From the NCBI GenBank assembly GCA_008632985.1, contig QPGO01000156.1, forward strand, positions 1 to 64,000: a stretch of DNA of 64,000 nucleotides, in the 5' to 3' direction. Made by a program: the position numbers and the translations under genes. Of the stretch, positions 27,279-39,207 are shown one piece after another; position 1 is the stretch's first letter; the number at the start of each line of letters is the position of its first letter. The notes below the pieces were generated by a model, which did no database searches, was not told the origin of the DNA, and saw only the letters and a program-made list of their open reading frames with translations. Source of the DNA: Psammoneis japonica. Lineage: Eukaryota.

Positions 27279-27960
27279 AGCCAGACTATTCCAAACACCG
27301 CTTCACTCTCTAGAGCAGGATCAGCACTCAAAACACAAAAAAATAACGAGCAGGAGACGACGACCGCAGACACAGACAACATACGCAAGTCGGATCTTGG
27401 CATCCCGTCCCTGCCTGACTTGCGACGTTGTGTTTTTTGTCCGCCGAATGACGAATGAACCAGAACGCCGACCTGATTGAGTGAGTCGTGTTTGAGATCA
27501 TTGTGCGATCAAATCAGTACGGCATGTCTTGTGTACATAACATTTCCTCCCTGTGCAGCTCAGGGGATGACATTACAAACAGACAACTGTTACGTAGGGC
27601 CCTAAAGGACGAGCTCGTCGTACGGGTGGTGATGTGATGTTGCTTGCTTGGTGTGGAATAGAATGGCAAGTGGACGCCTCTTTTTTCTCATTCCGCTTTT
27701 TTTCTCATTTCAAAGGACTGGCCATGCACCATTGAAGTGATTTCCACGTGACTGGAGTGGTCTTGCACGACAACAGTTGTGCAGTTCTGTTGCGCTTTTC
27801 TGCCTGTCTACCTGTGTCTGAATCTCGAAGTGTAATTGCTCTTGGTTGTCAGTGCTTTTGTTGTTTGCGTCATTTTGTTTCACTTGTTTTCCAGTCGACT
27901 GTGTCACAGTTGGTTTCTGCATTGTGTGTTCTTTGAGACATGAAAACTGCTTCGACCTTT

Positions 27961-30290
27961 TTAGTTGACTTCCTTCTTTTCATCGATGGATCTAGGGTCG
28001 AGAATGGCCTTGGGCCCTTGGATCATTTCTTCAAAGTGCTCAGGCTGGACGGAGCACACGCGAAACTTCTCGGTGGGAATGAATCCATTGAAAGAGCTGG
28101 CTGCTGCAATGGTGCAAGCTCCCATGTTGTTCACACAGAGAAAGTTGCCGACCTTGAGCTTTGGCAGCAACATGGAGCGTGCCACCACATCGATCGAATC
28201 GCAGGCAGGACCAAAGAGAGTCGACATGAACAACTTGCGTTCTTCGCTGTTGCTTTCGATCAAGGGATCACCACCCGAGTCCAGACGCTTGAACCCGTTC
28301 TCGGTCTTGACACCAGGGGCATCTTCCGTGAGGTGAAGAACGCGTGGACGAACGGTTGCATGGTCAAACATGATGTTGTTGAAGGCACCGTGCACTCCAT
28401 CATTGACGTGACAGGCGCAATCGTCTTGCAAAGGAGCAGAATCGGCGACTGCTTGCAACATGACACCGTTGACTGCGGCTTCACCGGCAGCAGCCAATGT
28501 CAACAAGGCGGAAGTTTCTAGAGGAGCTTCCTCTTCCGAGTTTGCAGCTGCTTCGGCCACCAAAGGACAGTTCATGCCTTCCACCGTGTGAGCCGCAGCC
28601 TTCATTTGCTCCGCATCTGGAGGTCCCAGCTGATCTAGAGTGCTTTCCAATCCCTCCTTGTAGAGATCCAAATTGTCGGTGTAAACAACAACTTCTTGCT
28701 GAGCCAGTTGCTGACTCACAAAAAGCTTGTTGCAATCCTCGATCGTGTCCATCATGGAGTGCAGGAGCTGATCGTTTTCCAAGATGTTGATGGCTCCCAC
28801 AGAAGATTCGCGTCTGTGGTGGTGCACCAACGCCTTTTCTTCCTCACGGGTCATGTCACCCAAAGTGGCGGCAGCCTCCTTGTTGTTGATGGGTTCTGCC
28901 ACGAACAAAGAATCAACCTCATTGCTTCGAATGGTGACCACTGATGTGCACAAGGTCGCAGCTGCTGCCACAAAGTGCCTCCCGGGTTCGCCAATCACCT
29001 TTGCAACAGACTCAACAGGGAAGAGACGATCTGCGACTGGGGACACCTGTTCAGTGATTTCCTTGAAGAACATAAAACGGTCGTCATCGCAGTCATCTTC
29101 CCCAGACTTTCCTTCGTTGTTGCTCTTGTCATCCTTGTCAATTTTGACAGCAGGATTCCAAATGGAGTGGGTCTCTCCGGGGAAGCCAACACCAACATCC
29201 AAGATCTTCACGCGCATGCCATGCTCGCGTTCGGCCATGTCAAAGATTTCACAAGCATCCTTCAGCGCTGATTCGCATCCAGAGGCATCGCGACATCCAG
29301 AGCCAACCTGAAATGACACTCCGGCAACATTGAGGCCACATCGCTTGGCCACAGCCAAAAGAGGATGCCACTTGTGTTGTGGTGCACCAAACTTGCTGCT
29401 GAGACGACATTGACTTCCACGGTCGTCGGCGATGATTCGCAAAATCAGTTCAATCTTTTTGCTGACTGCTGCACATTTTTCCACTTCAGCAATGTTGTCA
29501 AAAGTGACCATGTGAACTCCACGGCAAACAGCCTGTGAAAAGGACAACCGTGAGAGATGCAAACCATCATGTGATGGGACAGAACTCGAGCCATTCTTGT
29601 TTGACCCACCTCGATGAGATGAGCCCGGGCTTTGCAGGGGTTGGCATAGATGACATCAGGTGTGCAACCAGGAAGACCTTGAGTGATCTGTTGTGCCAAT
29701 CAAGTTTCATTTCTCAAGGCACAGTCGAAGTTGCAGCCCAAAATCGCAAGCGTCTGAGAGGATGTGGCAAGATAAAAAGATTCACAAAGCGAAACGAAGT
29801 CAAAAGTTAAAAGCTGGACTCACCTTGATGATGACCGGATCAGGGCTGCATTTGACTGCATAGAAGGGCTCAATCCGTGGTGGAAGAAGTGGCGCCCTGT
29901 TGAAATGCAGCAAAATGGGTGAGTGAGCGACAGTGTCTTCCGAAGGCGCGCATCGCTCTCCGCTGCAGTGGACTTACATTGACAGACCTGTGAGACGACC
30001 ACACCCAAATCGACCACGTAAAATGCATCTTCCATTGGTGTTTGTTGGTCTCCGATCAGCTCCAAGTCCTTGGGACCCAGCAACAACAAGTGCGACGGCT
30101 TGTTGGTCATGGACGATCGCTCGTTCAAGTGGCAACTGGCCGCCTTGTTCAGACCCTTTCCAATGGAGCTTCCTCCTAAAAACACATCTGCTTCTTTCAA
30201 CACATCACTCAAGATGCCTGAAGCTTGTTCGCTGTCAATTTCATGAAACGACAAAGACCGTCCGGGCCTTCCCATGTCAATGAACATGTT
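27961..30290 (-). pseudogene. ODC: Ornithine/diaminopimelate-family decarboxylase (ODC-like), intron-containing and heavily TpA-mutated
   Basis: AFYVVDLG, PFYAVKC (PLP lysine), IYANPCK, TFDN, SKFGA, GVSFQVGSG, EPGRHF, CHVNDGVHGAFN, GPACDSID, NMGACT; an in-frame stop and an insertion near 29530-29700; intron donors GTAAGT and GTGAGT visible on the minus strand. Confidence 0.88.
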
Positions 30291-30471
30291 TCCTTCCACA
30301 AGGATCGACAGGAGCAGGCGATCGTCACCACGCACCCTCAACCTTGTCTTTTTTGTTTTTGGCCGTTGCCACTGGCAGGTTGGCCGTTGGCCGATTCTGA
30401 GTTCACTCTCGCCACTCGCCACTCTCAACTCGCCACCGCCGCAAATCTCCGTACATGAGGAGTCGTGGATC

Positions 30472-31251
30472 ATCTGTCACGACGAAAGTTGTGAAAACCG
30501 ATTCTCAAGAATCATCCGGGTGCCGATTCTTAAGAATCTGATTTCCGTTGAACGCAAAATTCGAGCTCGACGTGCGTGCTCAACGGAGATTCACAAGTTC
30601 CGCCGTCCTGTTTTCTTAAGAATCGAAGTTCGATTCTTGAGAACAGCTGTTACTGATTCTTATGAAAACTCTTAATATATCATTCATTCACTAATTTAAA
30701 AATATAACGTCACGTATATTTAATCATAAAAGAATGGATGTGAATATGAAGCGATTTTCGTACCGACTTCGAAGCTGTGAACGACAATGGCGGCTTCGAC
30801 GCAAGAAGCGACACCATTCAAGACATTGCGATAAATACTTCAACCTTATTCGATAGTACTTAGTTTATAACACTTGTGAGAGTCTTGCTGTGCTTTGAAA
30901 GCCGCTCTGGAGTCGAAAAAACCGTCAAAACACTCGTGCGCCGATGTTGTTGTTATGCTCTTTCGACCGAAAAAGCAATGAAGAAGTCAATTCTTCTCAG
31001 ATTTTTCGATTCATTAACATGTAAGCTATTAAGATACAATATATGGTTGATTGTTGGGACTGTTGATTGACTTCTCGTCGACAATGATCGCCATTTTGAC
31101 TTTGGATTCATGTGACAGATTTTTCACAAGAATTCCCTTTTCACAAGATTCCAATTCGTGGCACGAGCTCCGATTCTCAAGAATCGATTTTCACAAGATT
31201 CGGTCTCCGATTCTCAAGAATCGTCGATTCTCAAGAATCGTCGTAACAGAT
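30472..31251. mobile_element. MITE-like element (about 780 bp) with palindromic subterminal repeats
   Basis: TIR ATCTGTCACGACGA versus reverse complement ATCTGTTACGACGA (13/14 match); several GATTCT(CA/TA/TG)AGAATC units near both ends; AT-rich core; no clear TSD. Confidence 0.72.
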
Positions 31252-31259
31252 CCACATTG

Positions 31260-33050
31260 TGTCCATCTATCTGTCTGTGTCCACGTGGAATCTTCGTCCC
31301 GCCACGATGGATCACTTTGTCAAAGCTTGCAGCTCAACAACAGTCGCGCGCCACAAATGTTGCAAGGCCTGACTCAGTTCTCATTGGCAGAGGATTGATT
31401 TTTGAGAACTTGGCAACTTCTCCGGTGCACCAGGCAGCATGGATTCTCACGCTGGTGCAAGTTGTCTGGTGGTGGTGCAAGCCACTGATTGTGGCCCGGA
31501 CAGTTCACAATTTTAGTCAGCTGTGTTTCTGTCAAAGGCTTTTGACCAAAAACACTGCGTTGCTGCTTGGCAGTGCAGAGTGTCCAACAGCCCTCTTGTC
31601 TTAGGTGTCATCTTGGAGTGGACATCCAAGTGATGCATTGGAAGATGCGCAAAGAAGAATCTGCTGCGAACCAACATGCGTGAGGAGCTTCGGGCACACG
31701 CTGAACTGGCCTCGTGCACTGGGTGATGCCCCTGACCCCAATTTCACCCCAGATTGACAAAACATGTGAAACACCCCTGTTTTGTAAAATGCTCTGACTG
31801 CAAACAGTGGCTTGAGTTGTCATGGTGCTTTCGACAGTTGAGCAGCTTTTGCTGTTTTTGCACATCATTCAAATGTGTCGCACACTGAAAGTGAGTGTTC
31901 ACTTCCAGGTTTTTCTGGTTTTGATCTTCCATCAACCATGACCAACAAGTGCACGACAAATGCCTGCTGCATGGGATTCCATGTAAAATGCAGGGCAATG
32001 GGCCAAACTGCATGTTTCGCATGACAACATTTCATGCCCCCGGCCTGTTCCAGCTCCAGGTGATGTGCAGAGGTTCAGTTTCCACCCCCCTGGCCTGTTT
32101 CAGCTCCAGGTGATGCACAGAGGTTCAACTCCCATCAAGAGAATGATGGTTGATTTTGGCACACCAAAGAAGCCCAACTCTGTGAGTCTGCTTGTGCAAA
32201 CTTCACACACGTGTGTGACAGCTGCTGCTCTGACTCACAGGACATGCACACAACCACAGCTTTTGAGCTTGGAGCCTTTTTTCTTTTCAACACAGATGTC
32301 ACAAAGAAAGTGGTGGCATTGTTTGCTCACCCTCGTGTGTCTTTTTTGTGTTTTGCCTCCAAACAGGAGCTCTGCGGCCTGTCCTGCACATTTCTGGCAC
32401 ATGGCATGTGGCACTGACATGAAAAAAATGATGGCTCTTTGAAATTGCCGCCCACCACACAAGTCATTGCACAAAAAGATTGATGTGCTTGATCTTGTTT
32501 GTCATTGTCTTGTCTCTTGTGAATGTCGCTGCACAGCATCCAACATGTGTTCCCACCAAATGATGCAGAGTTGTGTCAGCACAGAAAGCTCCAACAAAAA
32601 GGGTTCAAGAAAGGTGCAAGAGACTCTCTGAGCAGCCCTGATGTTGGATGAGCTGTGTCACCACATCCATGGAATCAATGAAAGAAGCAAAACTTAACAG
32701 CAAGTTGAAAAGATCCAACCATGTTTGCCTTGATGAAGTTTGATTCAAGCACTCCAGTGGACAACTCATTTACACCCAGACTTGTTTTGCATTGGCACTC
32801 AAGAGGAGGCTTGAGAAGAAACACACAACAAGCCTTGTCTGACATGCTTGGTGTGCAGGCACTCAAAAACTTGTTCAAGAAGTGCAAGCCTTGCACGAGT
32901 CGTTGCTGTTGTTTTCAACAGAAAAAGTTTGGTTTGGTGTTTGACAGCATTTTGGCTATCTGCCAAATTGTGACAAGAGCATCACGACCCAGACAGACTC
33001 TGCCATTGCGTCCATTGCCAATGCGACACCCATGCTTCGGGTCCGGGGCA
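31260..33050. mobile_element. TpA-depleted decayed block of unassigned origin, with a 50-bp-period direct repeat at about 32038-32128
   Basis: Composition; duplicated GGCCTGTTYCAGCTCCAGGTGATG(TG/CA)CAGAGGTTCA. Confidence 0.45.
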
Positions 33051-33580
33051 TGATTTCTTCACTCACGTACCCCAAGAAAAATCTCGACGAAGCTTTGGCT
33101 TCGTTGACATCCAAATGCTCGACTTGGAGAAATCAAGATGGGGCTCATTTGTCCAATGCACCAGACTCAGTCATGATGGGAATGAAACTGATCGACAAAA
33201 TGAGGGTGACATTGGGCTGACGTGGTGGGCAATGGAACACAAAAGCACATCGGACTGCCGCCGATGCTCCTTTCAGCTACAATAATTAAATGAGCTAGTT
33301 TTCCCTGGCATCATAACATCAAGTTGTTCAAAGAACACTACATGACGAATTCTGCCTCCTCTGGAGAGCAAAACGTACGTGGACATAAAGGCCTGACGCC
33401 ATTGATCTACGATTCTTGTAACGTCGAAACAAGCGAGACCTTTTGGTGGGATGTACCTCTGTAAAACATGTAGCAAGAATGAAATGGGAAGTGACATGCC
33501 TCCCGACTTCTTCTCAGGTACTTTGGCCTGCCGTGATCTTGTCAATGTGAATTAATACATCCGTCAACTTAGGAGGCTCT

Positions 33581-35992
33581 TCACGGGCATTCCTCATCAC
33601 AGCTTGATTCCTCGAGGACGTCAAGTTCTAACTGAGAGGAGGAAGAATCAAGCTTTGGTACAGAGAAAGGCACCGTTACAGAATGATCGCACCGCCTTTT
33701 TACCCTGAAAGATTTCAGATACGAGTTTCGAATGTCGCTGTCAGCATTTGCGGTACCTGTGTTCCTGTCGGCAACCGCAAGCCCCACTGCTGCTGCTAGA
33801 AGGTACATCCAGTGAGCGACGAGCATTACATTTCCTGCAAGAGCCAACGTCCAGTGATTACGAAAGAAGGTTTCCATCTCGGAGAACATGGCATACTCAA
33901 ACCAGACTTCCAACCCCAATTCCAGAATCATGTAGAGGTACTTATTTAGATACTTCAGTAAAACGAACCAGTGCTGCATTACCAACACGAGAATTGGATT
34001 CAGCACTTCACGCCCCGGACTACCCGCGCCCGAAAGGAGCGCAGAAATCACCAGCGACGCAGCTCCATGATGTATGACAGTACCCACGGCGTTAAGGAAA
34101 TGGGCAAATCTCTTGGCAGCTCGCTGCTGATCCTTGTAAAGAGTCGCATACATGTACATGGTTGCTTCAGGGAAGCCAAACTTCCACAACCCAGGAACAA
34201 TTAGCATTAGAGCCATAAAATTATGATGTACAGCCAAACCCAGCGTTGCCATCATGAACAATGGGAAGAGGAACTGTGCGAAGCGCCAAAACCTTTCGAG
34301 GTCATTGTTCCAACCTTGATGGAGAAAATTCAGCAAAACAAGAAGCTCCAAACCAATTCCAGCGAGAATAGACGTTATCCAGATAACGAAGGCGACGTAG
34401 ACATTGAATCCCTCAATGCTTAACATTGAAATCGGATGCTTGCCCGACATCCTCCATGTTTTCTCGTGGCATGTTCCCCCACAAAGAGTAAAAAGCATTC
34501 TCTCTACCCTATCTTTGGATGGTGCCAGGAGATTCAAGCATCTGTAATTTGTGATTCCCATAGCTCCAGCCAGCTTGTGGCGACCTTCATATCCTGTGTC
34601 GCGTGTAAGCGAATAAAAGGCATCCATTTCGTTAAGCCTCACATCGTGGCCGGAAGTGAGGTTGAGCCCCTCAAGCATTGGTTCCTGTATCTGCATTAAG
34701 GAAAGGGCAAGAGACACAACTCGAAAAGGCATGAAGTCTTCCCCAAGATCTGAGTTTTGTGTGCAACTCACAGAAGGCATGTACAGCTTCGATAAGAATC
34801 CATATGGAACAGATCCCACGATGAATGCTGAATTCCACGCAATGTATGCATCAACCCAGTCCTCCCCAAGTCTCCATTTGAGTTCATAGTCTTTCATCGT
34901 AGGTTCGATTTGAACTGCTGCTGCAAGAGCTAGACCTACTCGCGCATTCTGCTCGAAACCAAGCAGCGCATCAACTTTTACGGCCTCCAGGATATTAAGT
35001 TGTAAATCTGGCACCACTACTGTTGGGAGCTTGTCCTCACCCAATGCTCGTGCAATATTATTCAAAGTGTTTGCAACGCCTTCATACTTTTCCATACGAA
35101 ACTCATTCAATGCCTGCACTTGTGCGTAATGCTCATTCACGTACTGTTCATATCGCTCATGTTGATTCGTCTGCATAGTGTCTACAACTTCGCGAAGTGC
35201 AGGCGGGTCTTTCAGCAATTCCGTAGTCAACTTGTCTAGCACGACGGCCCTGTGCAGAGTTTCCATAAGGTACATTATCTGTTGCGGCGTAGATAGACTG
35301 AGACGGTCAGGATGAAGGAACTCGGCAGTGCATGCCAAGCGCAGTGCCCCTTCCATCGAAGAAGTGCAATTCAAGGTGGAGTCGAATATGGGAATGAGTG
35401 GCTGTGGTTCTGCCAACAAGTCGGTGAGATGCTCACGAATTGAACGATGGCGTGCCAGACCCATGTCTGCTAGGACTCGTTCAATACCTTCAGGTACGGT
35501 GAAGGGATTGCCGTCAGGCGAGACGCTAAATCGAATGTCATCCAACCATCGCTCAAGACAAGACGGATCTGTTTCTGACTCGGCGTCAGCAGTCTTGCTG
35601 TAACCTGGCAGAAGACCCTCATCTTCAACTTTTAGACCGCGATACCAGTCCTGGACAAATGGGACCGTGTCTTTGACGATACCTTGGTAGGTCGTTTGTA
35701 TGTCATCCGCAAATTCCTTTTTCGTATTCTCTTCTGTGATGTGAGGCCTGATAAGTACCTCATTGACGACAGCAACCAGAAGGAACACAAACAGAAAGGA
35801 GAAAGCCAGCGCAAGAACGACTGATGAGAGTCGACGACGTTGCCTCTCTGTGTTTGCAAACTGGCTTGAAAGGTCCACACGAGAAGCAATGGATGATCGC
35901 CGCAACCAGGATCCTTCTTTCGTGTCGATCGCTGGTCTTCTGTTCAGACTATGACGCTCGTCTTGGATACTTTGCTCAATCCTTTCCGACAT
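33581..35992 (-). CDS. 803-aa hypothetical membrane protein: N-terminal TM, large soluble domain, multi-pass C-terminus
   Basis: Uninterrupted ORF with several hydrophobic helices; His motifs GTVIHHG, MQHW and AHW in the TM region. Confidence 0.8.
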   Translation of the reverse strand: MSERIEQSIQDERHSLNRRPAIDTKEGSWLRRSSIASRVDLSSQFANTERQRRRLSSVVLALAFSFLFVFLLVAVVNEVLIRPHITEENTKKEFADDIQTTYQGIVKDTVPFVQDWYRGLKVEDEGLLPGYSKTADAESETDPSCLERWLDDIRFSVSPDGNPFTVPEGIERVLADMGLARHRSIREHLTDLLAEPQPLIPIFDSTLNCTSSMEGALRLACTAEFLHPDRLSLSTPQQIMYLMETLHRAVVLDKLTTELLKDPPALREVVDTMQTNQHERYEQYVNEHYAQVQALNEFRMEKYEGVANTLNNIARALGEDKLPTVVVPDLQLNILEAVKVDALLGFEQNARVGLALAAAVQIEPTMKDYELKWRLGEDWVDAYIAWNSAFIVGSVPYGFLSKLYMPSVSCTQNSDLGEDFMPFRVVSLALSLMQIQEPMLEGLNLTSGHDVRLNEMDAFYSLTRDTGYEGRHKLAGAMGITNYRCLNLLAPSKDRVERMLFTLCGGTCHEKTWRMSGKHPISMLSIEGFNVYVAFVIWITSILAGIGLELLVLLNFLHQGWNNDLERFWRFAQFLFPLFMMATLGLAVHHNFMALMLIVPGLWKFGFPEATMYMYATLYKDQQRAAKRFAHFLNAVGTVIHHGAASLVISALLSGAGSPGREVLNPILVLVMQHWFVLLKYLNKYLYMILELGLEVWFEYAMFSEMETFFRNHWTLALAGNVMLVAHWMYLLAAAVGLAVADRNTGTANADSDIRNSYLKSFRVKRRCDHSVTVPFSVPKLDSSSSQLELDVLEESSCDEECP

Positions 35993-36621
35993 GGGAAATT
36001 ATTGTGGTTTTCTTCTTCGACGTTCAGCTAGTTTGTGTGTGTTTCATGAGTGTGATAAAACCGATCTAAGGTCTCTGCCATCATGTGATTCCTGCACACT
36101 GTTAGCGTGCTGACACTCTGTGCTGTGAAAGCGGAATAATGATGTCACGATATGTCAAAGAGATTTCACTTGACGCGAACCCTTTGACACCGCGCGCTAG
36201 TCTACGACGAGTGAATACCTGTACCGGTGGTACTCCTCTCTACTACTCTAGCTAGTAGTAGAGAGAGTAGCTAGCTAGTAGAGTAGCAATTGCCCACAGG
36301 GTGGTAGGGTCACAAATTGTACAGTACAAGTAACAGCGTTAGCTTAAAGAAAAACAACGACGCACTACATACAACGCCATACATTGAGAAATCACCAACG
36401 GACACCGTGGTGTTGGCGAGTCGATTGTTTTGGGGTGCGGTACGTACAGATACTCGGGACATATCATTCGGCAAACTGCACAGAAAAAAAAGCCATCTTG
36501 CGGACAGCTCCATAGCAAATTTAGGTCGGACAAAACTTTCCATGGCGAAAGAAATATCTTCGCTTAGTAGTAGCGACAGGGTTCCCACTCCTTGAATCTG
36601 ACTGCGGGTAGGCCCAGCCAA

Positions 36622-38454
36622 TCATAGTTCTTGCTCACGGCTTCTAGCTTCAATTGGTCCATGCGAAACCGCGCCATGGGCTTTCAACGTTGCAATGACT
36701 CCGTGGCTTTCGTGTAGACCAGACTTGTAGGCCCACCAGAGCGCAGTCCCACCCGTGGGTCCAAATCGTCCCGTACGGGCATTGACGTCGACTCGTCCCT
36801 CTTCAATCAAGAATGGACCATTTCGACATGACCCAACCGCGACGCTTCGTGTAACGGCTGCCATCCATTTATATCTGGGATGTGTGCATGCTCAGGCTTT
36901 TTTGCGAGATAGACACGCATCAGCTCCACATTGTTTTGCGCAACAGCGCGGCGAACATCCTTCAGGTCAAAGTTCAAATCCATCTCTTGCTTTTGCTCGT
37001 CGTGTTGGCATAATCGTCCGCTTGGCAGCTATCATTGTATTCCTCGGCTGCACACGTTTCATCGGCGGTTCATCGTCACGATGGACATCTTCTGCCGCAA
37101 CTTCCTCTTCTGAGGAAGAGTCTCCTTCGTAATCCTCGTACTCCAATCTCCTTCTTCTCTTTCGATATCCTCGTTCTTTATCTCATAATGTTCTTGACCG
37201 TCTGCGACTTTTGTTCCATCTTCCACTTCCTCTCCTTCGACATGCTCGTCGTACTCCATATCATAAAGTTCTTGATCACCATCCGTTTCTTCTGCCTCTC
37301 CAAGATCTCCTTCGTCATCTTCGTACTCCGTATCATAGCGTTCTTGATCGTCATCCGCCCCTTTCCCGTCTTCAAGATCTCCTTCGTCGTACGTAGCTAT
37401 GCATTCACCTTGCTTTCGGATTCGCACTCTTGCTGCGATGGTTCTTCTTCAACATCTTGCTGAACGACTTGCTCGAGTTCTTCTTGGGCTTGCGTCATAA
37501 CTTCTTCACAGAACACACGCCCATCATCTTGTTTTACACAATACCGACCCTTTTCCATCCACGGCTTGGGTTTTTTGGGACAGAAAAAGAGGCATGCATT
37601 CTTTCGCTTGGGCGCGACGCGAATGGTGACAAAGCAAAAGAGAAAGGTCCAAAAACGGTAAACAGCATGGTCCAGGTCGCAAATGTGTTTCTCCATTGTT
37701 TCCGCACGTGCTGTGTTACATCGTTGGTGACATTGGTCATTTTGTCGACATTTTCCGTGGCTAAATCGCCCATCTCGTTCAAATCCTTCGTTTGGTGCTT
37801 GAGCGTGCTGTGCATGTTTGCTGTTGAATATTTCAGTTGTTCGGCCATGAGGGATATTTCTTTTTCGAGTTGTTCTCTTTGGGCTTTTTGCAACTCTTCC
37901 ACGTTTCGATGATGCGTAGCTTTGGCGACTGATTCATGAGAGTGGCTCCGTCCGCCGTGAGATACTGCTTGCGGAGCAGCACCGTCAGTCACAGAAAGCT
38001 CTTCTAGCATCTTCTCCTGGGGAGATTCTGGCCGCTCCTCTGCATCTACAGAATCGTCCTCTTTAAGTTCGTCATAGGGTTGAAGAAAAATCTTACTAAT
38101 CAAATCGACACGTCCCTCCTCTTTGTCTTTACGCTGAACTTCCTGAGCAACCTGGTGGGCTCGTCGACACGTTACTTGAACTTCCTCCTGCAACTTGAAG
38201 AAGGAATCATCATCCTGGGGATCTTTGATAATGTCGCGCTCCTTGCATACATGCCAAGCATCCTGAACTTGTCGCCATAGGGCTTGAGCCATGTCGGCTC
38301 GCATGACAATGCCCTCCCAGCCTGTATGAGGTGGCGTCTCATGTGTTTGCATACAGTGCAAGAGCCTGCGTAATTCTATACCGGATCTTCTTAGAATATG
38401 TTCTGGATGTTCCTCGAAAAGAGGATTGGATGCAATAGGTTGAGAATGGTCCAT
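36622..38454 (-). CDS. Use1-like SNARE, apparently continuing through frameshifts into acidic repeats and ankyrin repeats
   Basis: QREQLEKEISLMAEQLK..LKHQTKDL SNARE-like coil followed by a TM; downstream DINGWQPLHEASRLGHVEMV and VDVNARTG..TALWWA ankyrin motifs; ends EQEL. Confidence 0.6.
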
Positions 38455-38787
38455 GGTCAGTTGGCTTTGACGCAGCGGTAGCGGTGTGCAAGTACCGGCC
38501 ATTTTGATTTGCCATTTGCAGCCCCAAAAAGCGGTCATCGGTCTCTCTAATGTATTTTCTTATTCTTTATTCTCCTATTTTGTATCCAAATAGTCTTATT
38601 GACCTAGTAAAAACTTACAAACGAATAAAAAAAAGGATCCCGCCACCAGTTTCCAAAGTCAGTCGTGAGTGCAGGACCAACACGTGTCATTGCATCTCTC
38701 AAATCCTAACACGCAGTGACATTCAATCACACATCACGGACACAAAAAGATATCATACTCCCATGGAAGAAAGCACAGCAACAGGCA

Positions 38788-39084
38788 ATGGTGCGTTTTA
38801 GTCTTCTTACTATGCTCTTGATTTTTCACCCGAATCTCTGCGTCGCAACAAACGAAAGTTGCGTTCAAGAAGCCACCGAGACTACTACGGACATTGACTT
38901 TGAGCAGGTAAACCTGGAAGTATATCCCGTATACGCGTGGACGGCAGTCACGGAAAAGATATCTCAAGTTCTTTGCCAAGTAACAGTCTCGCTCAAGGGC
39001 ATTGGCAGCAACCTTAAAGATTTCATGACGTCCGATGCCGGTCACGAAGATCTTCACACGAGCCTACTGTGGATGGATTTTTGA
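38788..39084 (+). CDS. Small putative secreted protein
   Basis: MVRFSLLTMLLIFHPNLCVA signal-like start; 98 aa. Confidence 0.4.
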   Translation: MVRFSLLTMLLIFHPNLCVATNESCVQEATETTTDIDFEQVNLEVYPVYAWTAVTEKISQVLCQVTVSLKGIGSNLKDFMTSDAGHEDLHTSLLWMDF

Positions 39085-39207
39085 AGCAATGATGCCTTTC
39101 AAAACACATCACTCACTATGTGCAATAGTATCTAACTTAGTTTAATTCTTTTAAATCTGTATCGTTTGACTTAATGATGGTCCCCTTTGACATCTAAAAA
39201 GATGAGG

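Noticed and set aside
32038..32128. TG versus CA difference between the 50-bp repeats as proof of an ancestral TA
   Set aside because: Ambiguous: an ancestral CG gives the same pair, and there is no protein motif to polarise it.
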